64,000 bases of DNA from Psilocybe cubensis (lineage: Eukaryota). Positions 50,368 to 62,626 of this stretch are shown here, piece after piece. Numbering within the stretch: the first letter of the stretch is position 1; each line of letters opens with the position of its first letter. The stretch lies in NCBI GenBank assembly GCA_017499595.2, contig CM039004.1, forward strand, positions 682,001-746,000, in the 5' to 3' direction. Both the position numbers and the translations under genes were made by a program. Below the pieces are notes generated by a model, which made no database searches, was not told the origin of the DNA, and worked only from the letters and a program-made list of their open reading frames with translations.

Positions 50368-52472
50368 TCAGAATTTCTTAGCCTTACGTTTGATAGGTTG
50401 GCGCGTTCCCATGGTCTGGGCACCTTTCTTGGCCTTTTTAGCTGGTGGTTCTTCACCGTCGGCGGCAGTGGCGTCAGAATTGGGAGTAGGCAGGGCCTCA
50501 TTCCCGGTCTCGAAGGGGTCTGAAGGTGGTGCCTGTAGCTAATATGAGCCCTAGATAGAGAATGTAATAAATACACTCACGTCTTTACGCTTTGGACCAG
50601 GGCGGCGTGGCGCCGCTTTCCTCTTTGCAGGGAGCTAATCATAATATTAGTGTAATAAACCAATTTCGAGTGAAAACGCACCTTGATCTTGATCGGGGCT
50701 GGTGGGGAAGGGGAGCGTTCGTTTTCGGAAGAAAGAGAGGAAGAATCCTCGGAAGGGAGGTCAGGGGGGGATTCTGAAGGGATCCTAATCGCGTTTAATG
50801 CCATTCGGCGACGGGAGACTTGTTGAGGCACAGGTTCCGCCAGTGAAATAGCTGCAAATGCTTTAGCTAGTGCTGGTGCAGACCCATTATCTGGGGTGGG
50901 GTGGAAGGAGGGTGCGCGTGCTTGAGGAGATGCAGGTGCGGGTGTGGGTACACGAGCAGGTTCGGGTGTGGGTGCACAAGGGGGTGCGGGTGCAGGTGCA
51001 CAAGCAGGTGCACAAGCAGGTGCAGGTGCTTGAGCCGCAGCGGCCATTTGAGCTTTACGCCGTTCTACCGGGTCTCTGAGGCGTCCGTCGCGTGCACTAC
51101 CTTCCAAAGGGGATGACTTCTTGTCATGATCCACGGGCTCAGATGGCAAGATAATGTTCCTAGAAATTCATTAGCATAAAATCAAGCGTGTAAGGCACGC
51201 TTACTCTTGCCACCAAGCCACAGTCTCCTTGGCCCACGTATCGTCATTAGAAAGACCCGACAGAAGCGTCAGAATAGATGCGTAGAGGCGGTCGGCCTTC
51301 AAAATGCTCTTCGCCTCAGGCCAAGTCTTACCGCTGATTGCAATGACAAGCTTTGAAGGAGGTTAGCACTGACAGACTACTGGCAATGTCCACTTACCAT
51401 CATGCAATAATAACATATGAGTCTTATCGTTAGTTCATATACTTTGTGAATCTGTCCTTTGCTGGCACGTCCTCCAAGCCTGTTGGCCTCGCCTACAAGC
51501 ATACGTTGGACAAACTAGAGTGCCAATATGTATCAATGACATGTCAAAACATAAAAAAAAACTTACTTGGGGACCCAAGGGTGGTTGAAACAGACCTTGG
51601 ACCTCGTTGTCTATGTCAAATGGGATGTCAGGGTCATACAAGCAAGCTGGCCAATCCAGCGCGTCTCCATTTTTGGTATCGGCTTCGAGTGATTCACATC
51701 GCACGCTATCCACAAATAAATCAACTCATATTCGCGGAAAATAACAAGCCGACTTACAGAATTTCACGCGCATTGAGGTCGGTGAGCTCGGCGAACTTGA
51801 CACGCGGGATTAAAAGAGCGGCGTATGCAGGGTATTTATAGCCCCGGTTCACCCTGGCACAGGCCAGTTTGTAGGCCTGTAGGTCAAGTGGGACCCTCAG
51901 ATCAAATGGGATCAACTCCGGGATCAACTTATGTGCCTTGAAGAGATCGTCGGATCGCGAATGAGCTGCAGCACTCGATACCTTACAAGTATGGTTAGTC
52001 GATCTGTACATGCGACCTCACAAAATTCTTACCAAATCAATGACTTTGCCAATCAAGGCAGAATTGTCCTCGCACTTCTTGATGATATCCATAAGGTCGG
52101 GCATCAAGTCCTGCATCTCATAGAAGGACCAGAGCTTGGGTTGTAAACTAATATATGCATAAATAAATGCCCCAGAAAAAAAAAGGCGCATATACTTACT
52201 CCAATATTTGTTGTCGGGTCATACCATCCGTTATATGGTTGGCCAGAAACTCGAGACCCTCTTGGATGACGCTCTTTACGTTCATAAATGGGTTGATGGA
52301 CTGGTGAATCCATCTCGCGCCCTTCAGAGTGTCTGCTAGTTCGGAGCATCTACAAATAACGTTAGCGGTTAACGCGCATGGGGACGGGGGAGGGGGGGAT
52401 TCAGGCTTACTCGAGTTCTTTGTTGGTGTCGATAGCCGTGAGGGCTTTTTCAATCTGGGTCGGGGTGAGCAT
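50368..52472 (-). CDS. Plavaka 2 cargo: unknown multi-exon protein
   Basis: ATG 52472 MLTPTQIEKAL|..ARWIHQSINPF..RGYKYPAYAALLIP..LDWPACLYDP..GLF..; Pro/Ala-rich tail; KRKAKKF-TGA at 50368. Confidence 0.6.
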
Positions 52473-52708
52473 GGTGGTGGATGGTGGTGGTACGGGAAGA
52501 AAAGGGATGAAAAAAACTCCCTTCCGCATATACCGAGCGCAGTGGTTATGTAATGGACACCTGAGGAGGTACAGATGTCCGCGCTATTCCGCGCCATTGC
52601 CATAACTAGCGGGCGAAGGAGGCGCGATCGCCATCGACAGCAAGCTGTCAGAGGATAAAAATAGCCCACCGCGAATCACCATAGCCAGGAGGTAGCCACC
52701 CAAGACGC

Positions 52709-53270
52709 CCCAGGTATACCCGTGCGTTGAAGCTTGTGGCCAGGGCTTTCGACGACGAGAAGGGGTGTATACGCGCACCGAACGAACCCCCAGGTATCTC
52801 CGTGGGTTGAAGGGGGCTGGTAGTCCGTAGCAGCGACAGGAGCACCCTACAGAGTACAGAATTGCCATAGTCAAGCAGCCGCACCCAACGAACCCTCAGG
52901 TATTTCCGTGGGTTGAAGGGTGTAAGCACCGACTTGAGCAGCCTACAGACTACGGAATCACCATAGTCAGCAGACTGCCACCAAACTCCGAGACGAACAA
53001 CCGCCAGACTGCAGAAATACCATAGTCAAGCAGCCGCACCCAACGAACCCTCAGGTATTTCCGTGGGTTGAAGGGTGTGGGCACCGATTTGAGCAGCCTA
53101 CAGACTACGGAATCACCGTAGTCAGCAGACTGCCACCCAACGAACCCCCAGGTATTTCCGTGGGTTGAAGGGTGTGGGCACCGATTTGAGCAGCCTACAG
53201 ACTACGGAATCACCGTAGTCAGCAGACTGCCACCCAACGAACCCCCAGGTATTTCCATGGGTTGAAGGGT
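52709..53270. repeat. Dispersed/tandem repeats of a self-complementary ~40-bp unit (97-bp period in the last three)
   Basis: cacccaacgaaccc[c/t]caggtatttccgtgggttgaagggtg at ~52776, 52882, 53037, 53134 and 53231. Confidence 0.9.
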
Positions 53271-53400
53271 GGTAGTGGTGCGGAAGTCAACAGAGCCAAC
53301 AAACGGAACCCTACCCAAATTCAGATTCCGCCTGATGGCAATTTCAAACTCCGACACGCGTGGTGATCTCAACACGTTCCTGCGTCATTGGTTCTTCTTC

Positions 53401-53527
53401 GCTACCCAGGCTCATTGCTCGGGCAGCCTCACTACCCAGGCTCATTGCTCGGGCAGTACGCGCAACCTACCCAGGCTCATTGCTAGGGCAGAACGCTTAA
53501 ACTACCCAGGCTCATTGCCAGGGCAGT
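53401..53527 (+). repeat. Hairpin array 1: four CCC-AGGCTCATTGCNN-GGG units
   Basis: Four units upstream of the 53829 ORF. Confidence 0.92.
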
Positions 53528-53828
53528 ACGCACAGATAAATTGGAATTCCTGCTCCCCTGACTGTCCATAATGCCCCCCGTATGTATCTTACAATATCGA
53601 GGTGTATTTGGTTGCTAATTCTACGTACAACAGACTACGCCCTCCTTTGACTGGTCCCAGGGCTCCGTCTTCCTACAAGACGGTATAATTTACTACTCTC
53701 CAAATTGTAACCGACCAGTCCGTATCAAGGCCCCAGAGCGGAATCACCCCCACCCATTCCCCGAACGTGCAGAGCCAGATCCCACCTCTGTCAAGCATCC
53801 TGTCTGGTGGACAGACACCTTTGGGTGG

Positions 53829-56680
53829 ATGTCCTTCATACCGCTCAACCCATCCTTTATCTCCGACCCCTTTGACACCTTTACCTGGCAGCCTGAGCTG
53901 GATGTAACTCCTAGCTATAATACTCCACCCGGTCCCACTCTCTACCAGCTCGAAATTCATACTATAAAGCATTGGCGGTTTAAGGAACAATGTTTACTGG
54001 AAGCTGCGCACAAAATGAAGCTATGGTACCACGTACCAGCCAGTCAACCACCCCCGCCTTCCATCTTTAAATACGATGAGCCCTACACATCGAAAGAAGA
54101 AGCTTATCGCCAGATTAAATTGGCGCGAGATTGGTTTGCCGTATGGATGGGATTCTTTGCATATTTCGCTGCGTGTGCAAAGTATGACAAGTATTGTGCA
54201 GGAAAGATGGTGAGAGAGAAGGGCGAGTTACTACCCCGATGGTATACCAGGCTGCTCGAGGAGGTTCCGATGCTACAGCGATCCTGGTTGGACGGGCTTT
54301 TAACATCGCCAGCGTGTGTATTCTCACCCGACACTCAGCGTGCAGGGATAGTTATTCCCTGGTATGAATATGACAATCGGAGGCCCGAAATACAGTTCTT
54401 CCTGGACCAGCAGATTTCTGTTTTCTTTCCGTGGTGTGCCATCGCAGAACAGGCCATCATAAACAACCCCACCCTTCGCTATCTTGAGCCTCCTGCAAAC
54501 CTTGTTCGGGATGCCCTTGAGAAGTTTCTGAACCGATTCCCCAGTGTTCCTCTCGCTGGCCTAATCCTTAGGTCCTACTTTCGATTTCATGATCGCCCGC
54601 TGCACTCCACCAAACATATATTGAGAATGGAACACAGTACGTTGTTGGTCACGAAATATATGTATGAAAAATTTGCCTCGCAAACCGACAAGGTCAAGGC
54701 GGCTATGGAGGAGAACCAGGTGGAGGCCACGGTTGCAGAATTGAGGGAGATAGTAAGCCGAGCCATGGACATGGACCTCGCAGAGGCCGAGCGAGCCATA
54801 GCAAATCTCCCCACTCACGATTGGATGGACAAAGGTGACTACCACCGGAGAGGAGAGTTGTACGACCACGTCTCGATATTCTTGGAGAAACGCGAGAGAA
54901 ACCAGCGCTTTATCATTGCGACTGAGACCAAGGACGCAAAGATCAAAAGGCTTCAAAGAGAGGAGGCCCTCCCGGGGTACAACACATCGGTCTATAGGTG
55001 GAAAAGTGTCACGACGCCGGGGGGGAAGGAATTATACATGCGAGTTCGCCTCCTTCGATCAAAGCACGAGAGACTGTTCGCAAAGGTGCCTCCCTCTCAA
55101 CGAACATACAATGCAGTCTCAAACGAGTGGGACATTTTTGATGAAGTGGATTTGCCACGAAAATATCTGCAATTTGTGGACCCCCCTCCTAGGAAGGACG
55201 GTTATATCTACGACTATCCTATCCAAGCCGCCCGCATCAATCCCCAGTCCATCATCCCCGACAACGATGTACCCCGTGTGGAATCCATTCCCGTCATCCC
55301 AGAACCCTGTGTAGACTCTTCCTCGGGTGGTGCGACTTCCCCTCATGAACCTCAGTACAAAACATTCCCCATGGACACGGAGGAATTTCAGGAGGGGCCT
55401 TCCCAGCCTCCGGTACATCATCCAGAGCCGGGCCCCTCCACCATGGATACCAACACTGATGAAGCTTTGAAAATCCACAATTACGATTGGGACACCGCCG
55501 ACCTCATCTCCAACTTGCGATACAGCTATGGATTCGTAGCCTCTGTAGTCCCGAAGAAGGAGGATAAGACACCGGAAGGCTGGAAACACGCCTGTCAACA
55601 CTTTGGGTTTAGGAAGGATGGGGCAGAACAGTTTGTCTCAAACACGGATCGTCAACTCATCTGTCAGTTTCATGACGGTTTGATGGGGTCAACTGACCGT
55701 CCGCTCCCTCAAGACATTCAGGATCTCCACCCGCAAAATTACCTATCCCTTCAAGTTTTAGGGAATCTCAGCCTCATCCATCGCCCCATCCCAAATCTAT
55801 TTGTTTTCGCTCATCACGACATACGTGCACCTCAGGAAGAGTCCGACAGAATGTCTGCTGATTGGAGTATTGGAGTCGAAACCCCAGAGGCTGCTTTATA
55901 TGTCTTACGAGTCTTCCAGTCCCATCCTGGGCATACAGTTGTCAGTGTGGCACACAGACTTTTGTCCAAAGGAGTGCAGTTTCGAACTCTTGTCGGGCGT
56001 AAAAATGTGGTTCAGGTGCATCAACCCTACAAGGAAGTTACCTTTTACCGCAAAGTCAGCTACAAGTTTACCAACGACGACTATGAGTCCTCGATGCTGG
56101 CCTGTCGGCAGATACTGGACCAACAACGCGGTCGTGCAGCGCTACTCATGGGTGGAATAGTAGGACGAATCGCCAAAGAGTATCTGAGCACAGAGTCTGT
56201 TCTCCAGGGCCCATCAGTGGAATTGCTGAGAAATGGACGCGGATATGTCGCTAATCCAGAGGCCGAGTTGCTGGCTTACTGCGATGACGGGCTTACAGAA
56301 CACGATATTGCGATTATTATCGGGTCGTATTCTCTCATGACGGGTAAGTGTTCACTACATTTAACTGATCGCTCTATTTAATGTCGTTTTTAGATTTTAA
56401 AAATCAGGTCGGAGTCAAGTCTTGGTTTCCTCCCCCGGCGGTATGGAATGAAATCGACAGGAATGGGATAGGATGGCTGGAATGGACTGAACGCAACGAG
56501 TACTGGTACCAGACTAGGCTGGAATTAATTCGAAATGGCAAAGCGCAACCTTTAACGCTTCAAGACTGGAAGAGCCTTCTCAAAAATAAGCCAGTCCGTG
56601 TTCTAAGGGAATCGGTGCGAGCTCGATCAGCGGCATTTGTCCATGAACATATCCCCGTAACCAGGAATCCTCGTAGATAG
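53829..56680 (+). CDS. Plavaka 2 cargo: large unknown protein (~940 aa; true start uncertain)
   Basis: 850-aa ORF plus last exon after an intron at ~56344-56393; RGRAALLMGGIVGRIA, YCDDGL, SWFPP..W, EWTERNEYWY motifs seen in agaric TE-linked proteins. Confidence 0.75.
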
Positions 56681-57011
56681 GTAGCACATTTTTCTTGTTT
56701 CTTCATTCACGGATCTACACCACTACTCACAGTGTATTTTTTCCTTCGTACATACTACAAAACAAATTTTATGTATACTATCTATATTTCTTCGTACAAA
56801 CTATTGGTCAGATATCATGTATACCACGGAAAAAATTGTTTGGACCTGCATCGAAACATGTGTGAATCAATTCTGAGCCCAAAAAACATAAAAAAAACAT
56901 GAGATTGCTTACAGTAAGCCGGTTAGGCCAATCAAAACTCCGCTAAGTTTTGAACTCCGACACCGCGCCCTATCACGCCTGAGGTTGATGTCTGCACTCT
57001 CCTTATTCGCT

Positions 57012-57308
57012 CTACCCAGGCTCATTGCTCGGGTCAGAACGAATCGGTGGCTCGCTATCCAGGCTCATTGCCGGGATAAGAGCTTCCTATCCACTGTCCA
57101 GGCTCATTGCTAGGACAAGGATTTTCTACCCCCTATCCAGGCTCATTGCTGGGATAAGGGTGTTGTTCGCCTGCCCAGGCTCATTGCTTGGGCAAGGATA
57201 TCCCCCCTATCCAGGCTCATTGCTGGGATAAGGGTATCGTTACTCTGCCCAGGCTCATTGCTTGGGCAAGGATTTTCTACTCCCTATCCAGGCTCATTGC
57301 GTGGATAG
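57012..57308 (+). repeat. Hairpin array 2: eight units with an invariant AGGCTCATTGC loop and covarying stems
   Basis: Units every 36-42 bp, ending ~24 bp before the transposase ATG. Confidence 0.95.
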
Positions 57309-57331
57309 TTGTACTTCAGCAGGCCGTAATT

Positions 57332-60300
57332 ATGTCCGACGAAAAAAGACCCTGCTTAGGGTGCCATAAACTCTTCGTACCAGGTCGCTCCTTGAAGCAG
57401 CATACCAACAAATGTAAAAAATATCCTGCTGCAATGAGCAAGGTCCTGAAGGGGTTCCAGGAAAACTTCAGCAGGCAGAATCAGAACAGTAATGTTGCCA
57501 GTGGTTCTTCGCACCAGGCAACCCTGAATAATGAGCCCGGGCCTATGGAGGTTGATGTCCATCATGAGTATCTCAATGTGGATATGGTACCACCTCCAAT
57601 GCCCCCTGCGCCTCCACCTAAATCACCAACACCACCACCACATCCCCCGACACCACCACCTCCCATTGAACGGCCCAGAGGACTTCCTCCACGCGTTATT
57701 AGATTGCCACAGCGCTTCCGAGACGAGGTCCCACCCAAACCTCCTCTAATTATACCACCAGTCGTGGAGGAGGAACCACCTCAGCCTCAGGAACCTCCAT
57801 CTGTGGAGAGTCTGTATCGAACACCAATGAATGGCTATGGGATATTTCGAGAGTATACCTATGGTCCCCCTTCTATTACTCCTGACAAACATTTCATACT
57901 GTCATCAGTGTCCGATTCTCCAAATATTGCCAAAGACCCAGCCGACTCTTTGAGAAAGGCGTCAGAGGGAACACCAATGGCCCTACCTTCGGATTGGTCC
58001 TTGGATTCTGAGCCAAAAGACGACAAGAGCTTGCTATTCAAAAATCGTTCTACTCAACTTATCATGTCTTGGTTTTACAACGGCCACGGTACTAAATCCT
58101 ACGCTGATACCAACAAATTGATTCACCAAGTCGTACTGGACCCGGATTTTGACCCCAAGGACTTTGATTCCTCCTTTTCTACTGCTCGAGAGGTAGCGCG
58201 TCTGGACGAAATCTCCACCCAAAAAAATTCTACAGATCCTACTTTGTCAGAAGTGTGTCGACCGGAAGCTGGGTGGATCAAGGGCAGCTTTTCAATACCA
58301 GTGCCATGCGACGGTTTCATATTCGATTCGGAAGAGGAGGCTCCTCAATTTGTTGTTGAAAACATCATGTATCAAAAACCTCTAGAAGTTATCAAACAGG
58401 CCTTTGCAGAATGCACCTCTGAGACGTATACGACCATACCGTACAGAGAATTTTGGCGTCCCTCACCCAACAAACCACCCGAACGCTTATTCTCAGAGTC
58501 CTACGTGGCGGACATTTTCAATGAAGAGTATGAAAAGATCAAGTCAGAGCCACGCACAGGTCCCCACAGACACCTGGAGCCCTTTGTCGTTGGTATCGGG
58601 ATTTTTTCAGATTCTACCCACCTGACCAGTTTTGGCGATGCTTCTATATGGCCGATCCTTATGTATATCCTCAACCAGTCAAAATACACCAGAGGGAAAC
58701 CTAAAGAATTCGCTGCGCACCATATTGCGTATATCCCTAAAGTAAGTTTGTATTGACTGGCATGTACTATTCATATTAACGTTTGGGTCATAGCTCACAG
58801 ACACTTTTCAAGATTGGCATCAGCGACAGTTTGGCAAAGCTGCGACATCTGAAATGCTCACCCATATGAGACGCGAGGTCAATACAGGCGTCTGGGGGCT
58901 ATTACTTGATGAGGATGTCAAACGAGCGTATGCTGAAGGAGAGGCCGTAGAACTGGCCGACAGAGTATGTCGAGCTATATATCTCCGTTTTATTTTTAGT
59001 TCAAATGACTACCCCGAAAAGTAAGTCAACATCTACTCGTTATTTCGTTTGATAACTAATGTACAAGCAGAATGCTGCAGTCCTGCTGCAAGTGTCGCGG
59101 CACTTGCTTGTGTCCACGTTGTTTAATTCAAACTATGAATGTCCCAAAGGTTGGATCAAAGATGGATATGCGAAACCGGCTCAAGCTAGCTCGCGTTGAC
59201 AGCAAAACTCGTCAATTTGACATCGAAACTGCCCGTAAAGCATTGTTCTTGGGGAAAAAGGTTAACAGCAAGGCAGTTAATGGCTTGCTGCAACAGACCT
59301 CTGCTTTTCCAACTCGGGTATATTTTTATTTCCTCATATCTACATATTTTGTCTAAGAATATTACATAGAACGCTTTTTCCAAGGCTTTATTTGAATATG
59401 GCTTCAACTTTTATCGGATGTTTACTGTCAACTTCATGCACGAAGTGGAACTGGGTGTCTGGAAGGCCCTATTTAGTCACCTACTCCGGATTCTTTATAC
59501 CTCTAGCAACCAGAACGCCATTGCAACTCTGAACGAAAGGTATTGTTGTGATATCTCGATTCTTACTCAAACTAACTATAGATTTAGATACCGCCAAGTC
59601 TCCCCTTTCGGCCTCACAACTATCCGACGTTTTGCTAGGAATGCTTCAGATATGAAGAAACTGGCAGCACGGGATTTTGAAGATCTCCTTCAGGTAGGCC
59701 TCAATTGCGTGTGATGTTTGATTTTAATTGTTAATGATTCTATAATAGTGCTCTATACCAGTCTTTGAGGGCTTGTTGCCAGAACCTGCACACAATAAAA
59801 TTATTCAAAACCTCTTGTTTGAAATGGCGACATGGCACGCCCTAGCCAAGCTTCGACTTCACACCGATACCACTCTGGACGAGTTGGGGAATTCGTGTAC
59901 TTGGTTATGTGATCTCCTTCGTCAGTTCCAAAAGGAGGTTTGTAGTCAGTACGCCACTCGCGAGCTTCCATCAGAAACAGCTGCTAGAGGAAGAAGACAG
60001 GCAGCCAAGGCCAAAAAGGCAGCGAGTGCGGGTCTGCCAGTACCTCCGACTCAACCCAATGAACCCAAGACCCGCACGTTCAATATGCAAACGTACAAAT
60101 TGCATTCCCTTCCCGATTACGTCGATTCCATTCGCCAATTTGGCACCACTGATGGCACGAGCACTCAGATGGGCGAAAGCGAGCACAAGAGAGCGAAACT
60201 CTTCTACAAACGGGTCAAGAAAGGTGATCATATTCGAGGTATCGCCAAACACATCTACCGAGAACATGTGGTACACCGCACTAGCCGTGTCGAGATGCGC

Positions 60301-61506
60301 AAGCTGCTGCGTGAGGACAGGGAGTTACTGGAGCCCACTCCTCCTGATTTACATTATCACATCTCATCAGACGTGCGTCGAAAGTTAGATATACTACCCT
60401 GGATGTCACAAAACCAAAACGATCCGGCGACAAGGGTAAGCCGGATTTTTCGCTTGTTTTTATATACTCAATGTCGTATTTAGGACTTTATGCTTCGTCT
60501 CAAAACTCACCTTTATGCCCGCTTATCAGGGGCAAACAAATTCAGTGATAGCATTGGTACCCATGAGCGACTCCAAATCACAATACTCGGTGACCGAATT
60601 TACGAACATCAGGTTCTACGCATCAACTATACTTCGTATGATATGCGTCAAATACAAGATACCTTGAAGCCAAACTCTTCCCAATGTGACATCATGGTAC
60701 TCGCTAGCAACAAAGGTTCAGATCAGCAGGTTCATCCTTATTGGTATGCCCGTATCATTGGAATCTACCACGCCAATGTGGTAATATCTACCCCTGATAA
60801 TTACTACCGTGCCTCCAAGCACAAAGTGGATTTTCTTCATGTCCGATGGCTGGGTGTTTGTGAAGATTGCCATTACGGTTGGAAATATAGAAGGCTTCCA
60901 CAGTTGGCGTTTGGTGATATCAATGACTCTGCGTCGTTTGGTTTTGTGGACCCATCCCTCGTACTTCGTGCAACCCATTTGATCCCTCGCTTCATTCTTG
61001 GAAAAATACCGACTCTCGGCCCATCTGTAGCTTATAGAAGCAAAGAAAATAATGAAGGGGAAGAATGGGAGAGATATTATGTCAATTTGTGAGTACATTT
61101 AGTCACTTCTTACCTTTTACTAATTTTTTACAGTTTTGTGGATCGCGACATGGTCATGCTGTACAGAGGTGGTGGAGTTGGCCACGCTAGCACGCAAGCC
61201 ACTACCAATTCTCTTAGGCAAGACCGATGTGCAGACGACATTGCCTCTCGCAAAAAACGCCGCGAGGCACATGAAGCTCCCGATCCTGATCTGGAACCAG
61301 ATGGGGCCTCAGACCAGGAGCAAGACGCTCAGGACCAGGCTGAAGTGGCACCTGAAAACAGCGCCGATTCTGATGACAATGAAGACGACAGCGACCAGCA
61401 TACCGATTCTGAAGAGGAGGAGGAGGAGGAGGAGGAGGAGGAGGAGGAAAGCGACGAGGATGAGGACCGGGGTGACCTCGATGAACTCGGGTTTGCTGAA
61501 TACTAA
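57332..61506 (+). CDS. Plavaka transposase 2, multi-exon
   Basis: N-terminal CLGC..H...C finger; PERLFSESY, IFSDSTHLTSFGDASIWP..NQSKYTR..HHIAYIP, NDYPEK, CLCPRC, MHEVELGVWK, WHALAKLRLHT, YKLHSLPDY..FGTTDG.STQ.GE.EH, HPYWYARIIGIYH, FGFVDP..RATHLIP, DRDMVMLYRGGGVGH. Confidence 0.92.
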
Positions 61507-61867
61507 CTGTAGCTTTATGTGAGTCTGTCGTTGATTCTCTTGTACCTCTACTAACACCTTTTTAGATGTATCCTTGTCTTGGCGAGTAATACACAATACT
61601 TTTCTTGATTTTCGCGTGATTCGGTAAGGAAATGTATTGATATTTAACTGAAATTTTATTGTAACATCCCTATACATCGCTGTACGCCCTTTGGGCTCTA
61701 CTCTCTCATTGTGCAACTACGTATGTGTGCCTTACCCCCCTCACATCAACCCTCATACACCACCTTAGCTGCAGCCCGACACGATACCGCCCTTATATTT
61801 CAGCGATAAGGACAGCACCGAGCATCGCCCCCAACCCAGTTCCGCAGCCTATTTCAACCTGGACGTG

Positions 61868-62100
61868 CCTGGCGCGCGCCACGCGTGTGCTGCGTATGCG
61901 CGCGCCACGCGTTTGAGGCGTATGTGTGCGCCACGCGTGTGTTGCGTATGTGCGCGCCACGCGTGTGTTGCGTATGCGCGCGCCACGCGTGTGTTGCGTA
62001 TGCGCGCGCCACGCGTGTGTTGCGTATGCGCGCGCCACGCGTGTGTTGCGTATTGCGCGCGCCACGCGTGTGTTGCGTATGCGCGCGCCACGCGTGTGCG
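61868..62100. repeat. CpG-rich minisatellite, 26-bp unit x ~9
   Basis: gcgcgcgccacgcgtgtgttgcgtat repeated. Confidence 0.95.
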
Positions 62101-62239
62101 TGTTCGTCCAGATACAAAGAGGCGTCGATACGGGGAGGGAGGGGTATACAAATCTCACATGGATGTGTTTTGAAAAATAAAACTTGATTTCATTGTACAC
62201 GCGTCACGGTAAACTCAGAGTGCCTGTCGAACGGGCCCT

Positions 62240-62626
62240 TTATTCCATCATCTCAACGTCCTGATCATTCCCCTCCCCATCGCGCATCTCGACGTCGCTG
62301 TCTTCGACGGTCCCCGAGTCCTCGATACGATTTTCGACTGCGACAACCTGTTCCTCCCGCTCTCGAATTTTGCCGTGAATCGAAACGACGGGTTTGGTGT
62401 CGACTCGCCCGGTTGCGGGCTCTTCTACGCTGACAACGATCTCGACCTTGTTGTCGGTATCGACGTTGACGCCGATTTTTGCGTGCCCGTTGCGGCCATC
62501 GACGGCGACGTTGAGCCTGAGGCCGTCGCGATCGATCGCGAGGCCGAATTGTACTCCTTGGGGTGCAAAAAAAAATTAACAGTGAGTACTTACTTTGAAT
62601 ATTGAAGACTCACCTTGCTCATCCAT
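62240..62626 (-). CDS. Plavaka 2 small two-exon gene (~108 aa)
   Basis: MDEQ|GVQFGLAIDRDGLRLNVAVDGRNGHAKIGVNVDTDNKVEIVVSVEE..DVEMME-TAA; frame and intron conserved in the 40851 copy. Confidence 0.6.

Noticed and set aside
57012-57308. Calling the hairpin arrays CRISPR
   Set aside because: Eukaryotic transposon context, no cas genes, spacers only ~13-20 nt and partly repeated
61793-62200. Multiple RVARAYATH/CCVCAR ORFs
   Set aside because: Translations of a stop-free 26-bp minisatellite
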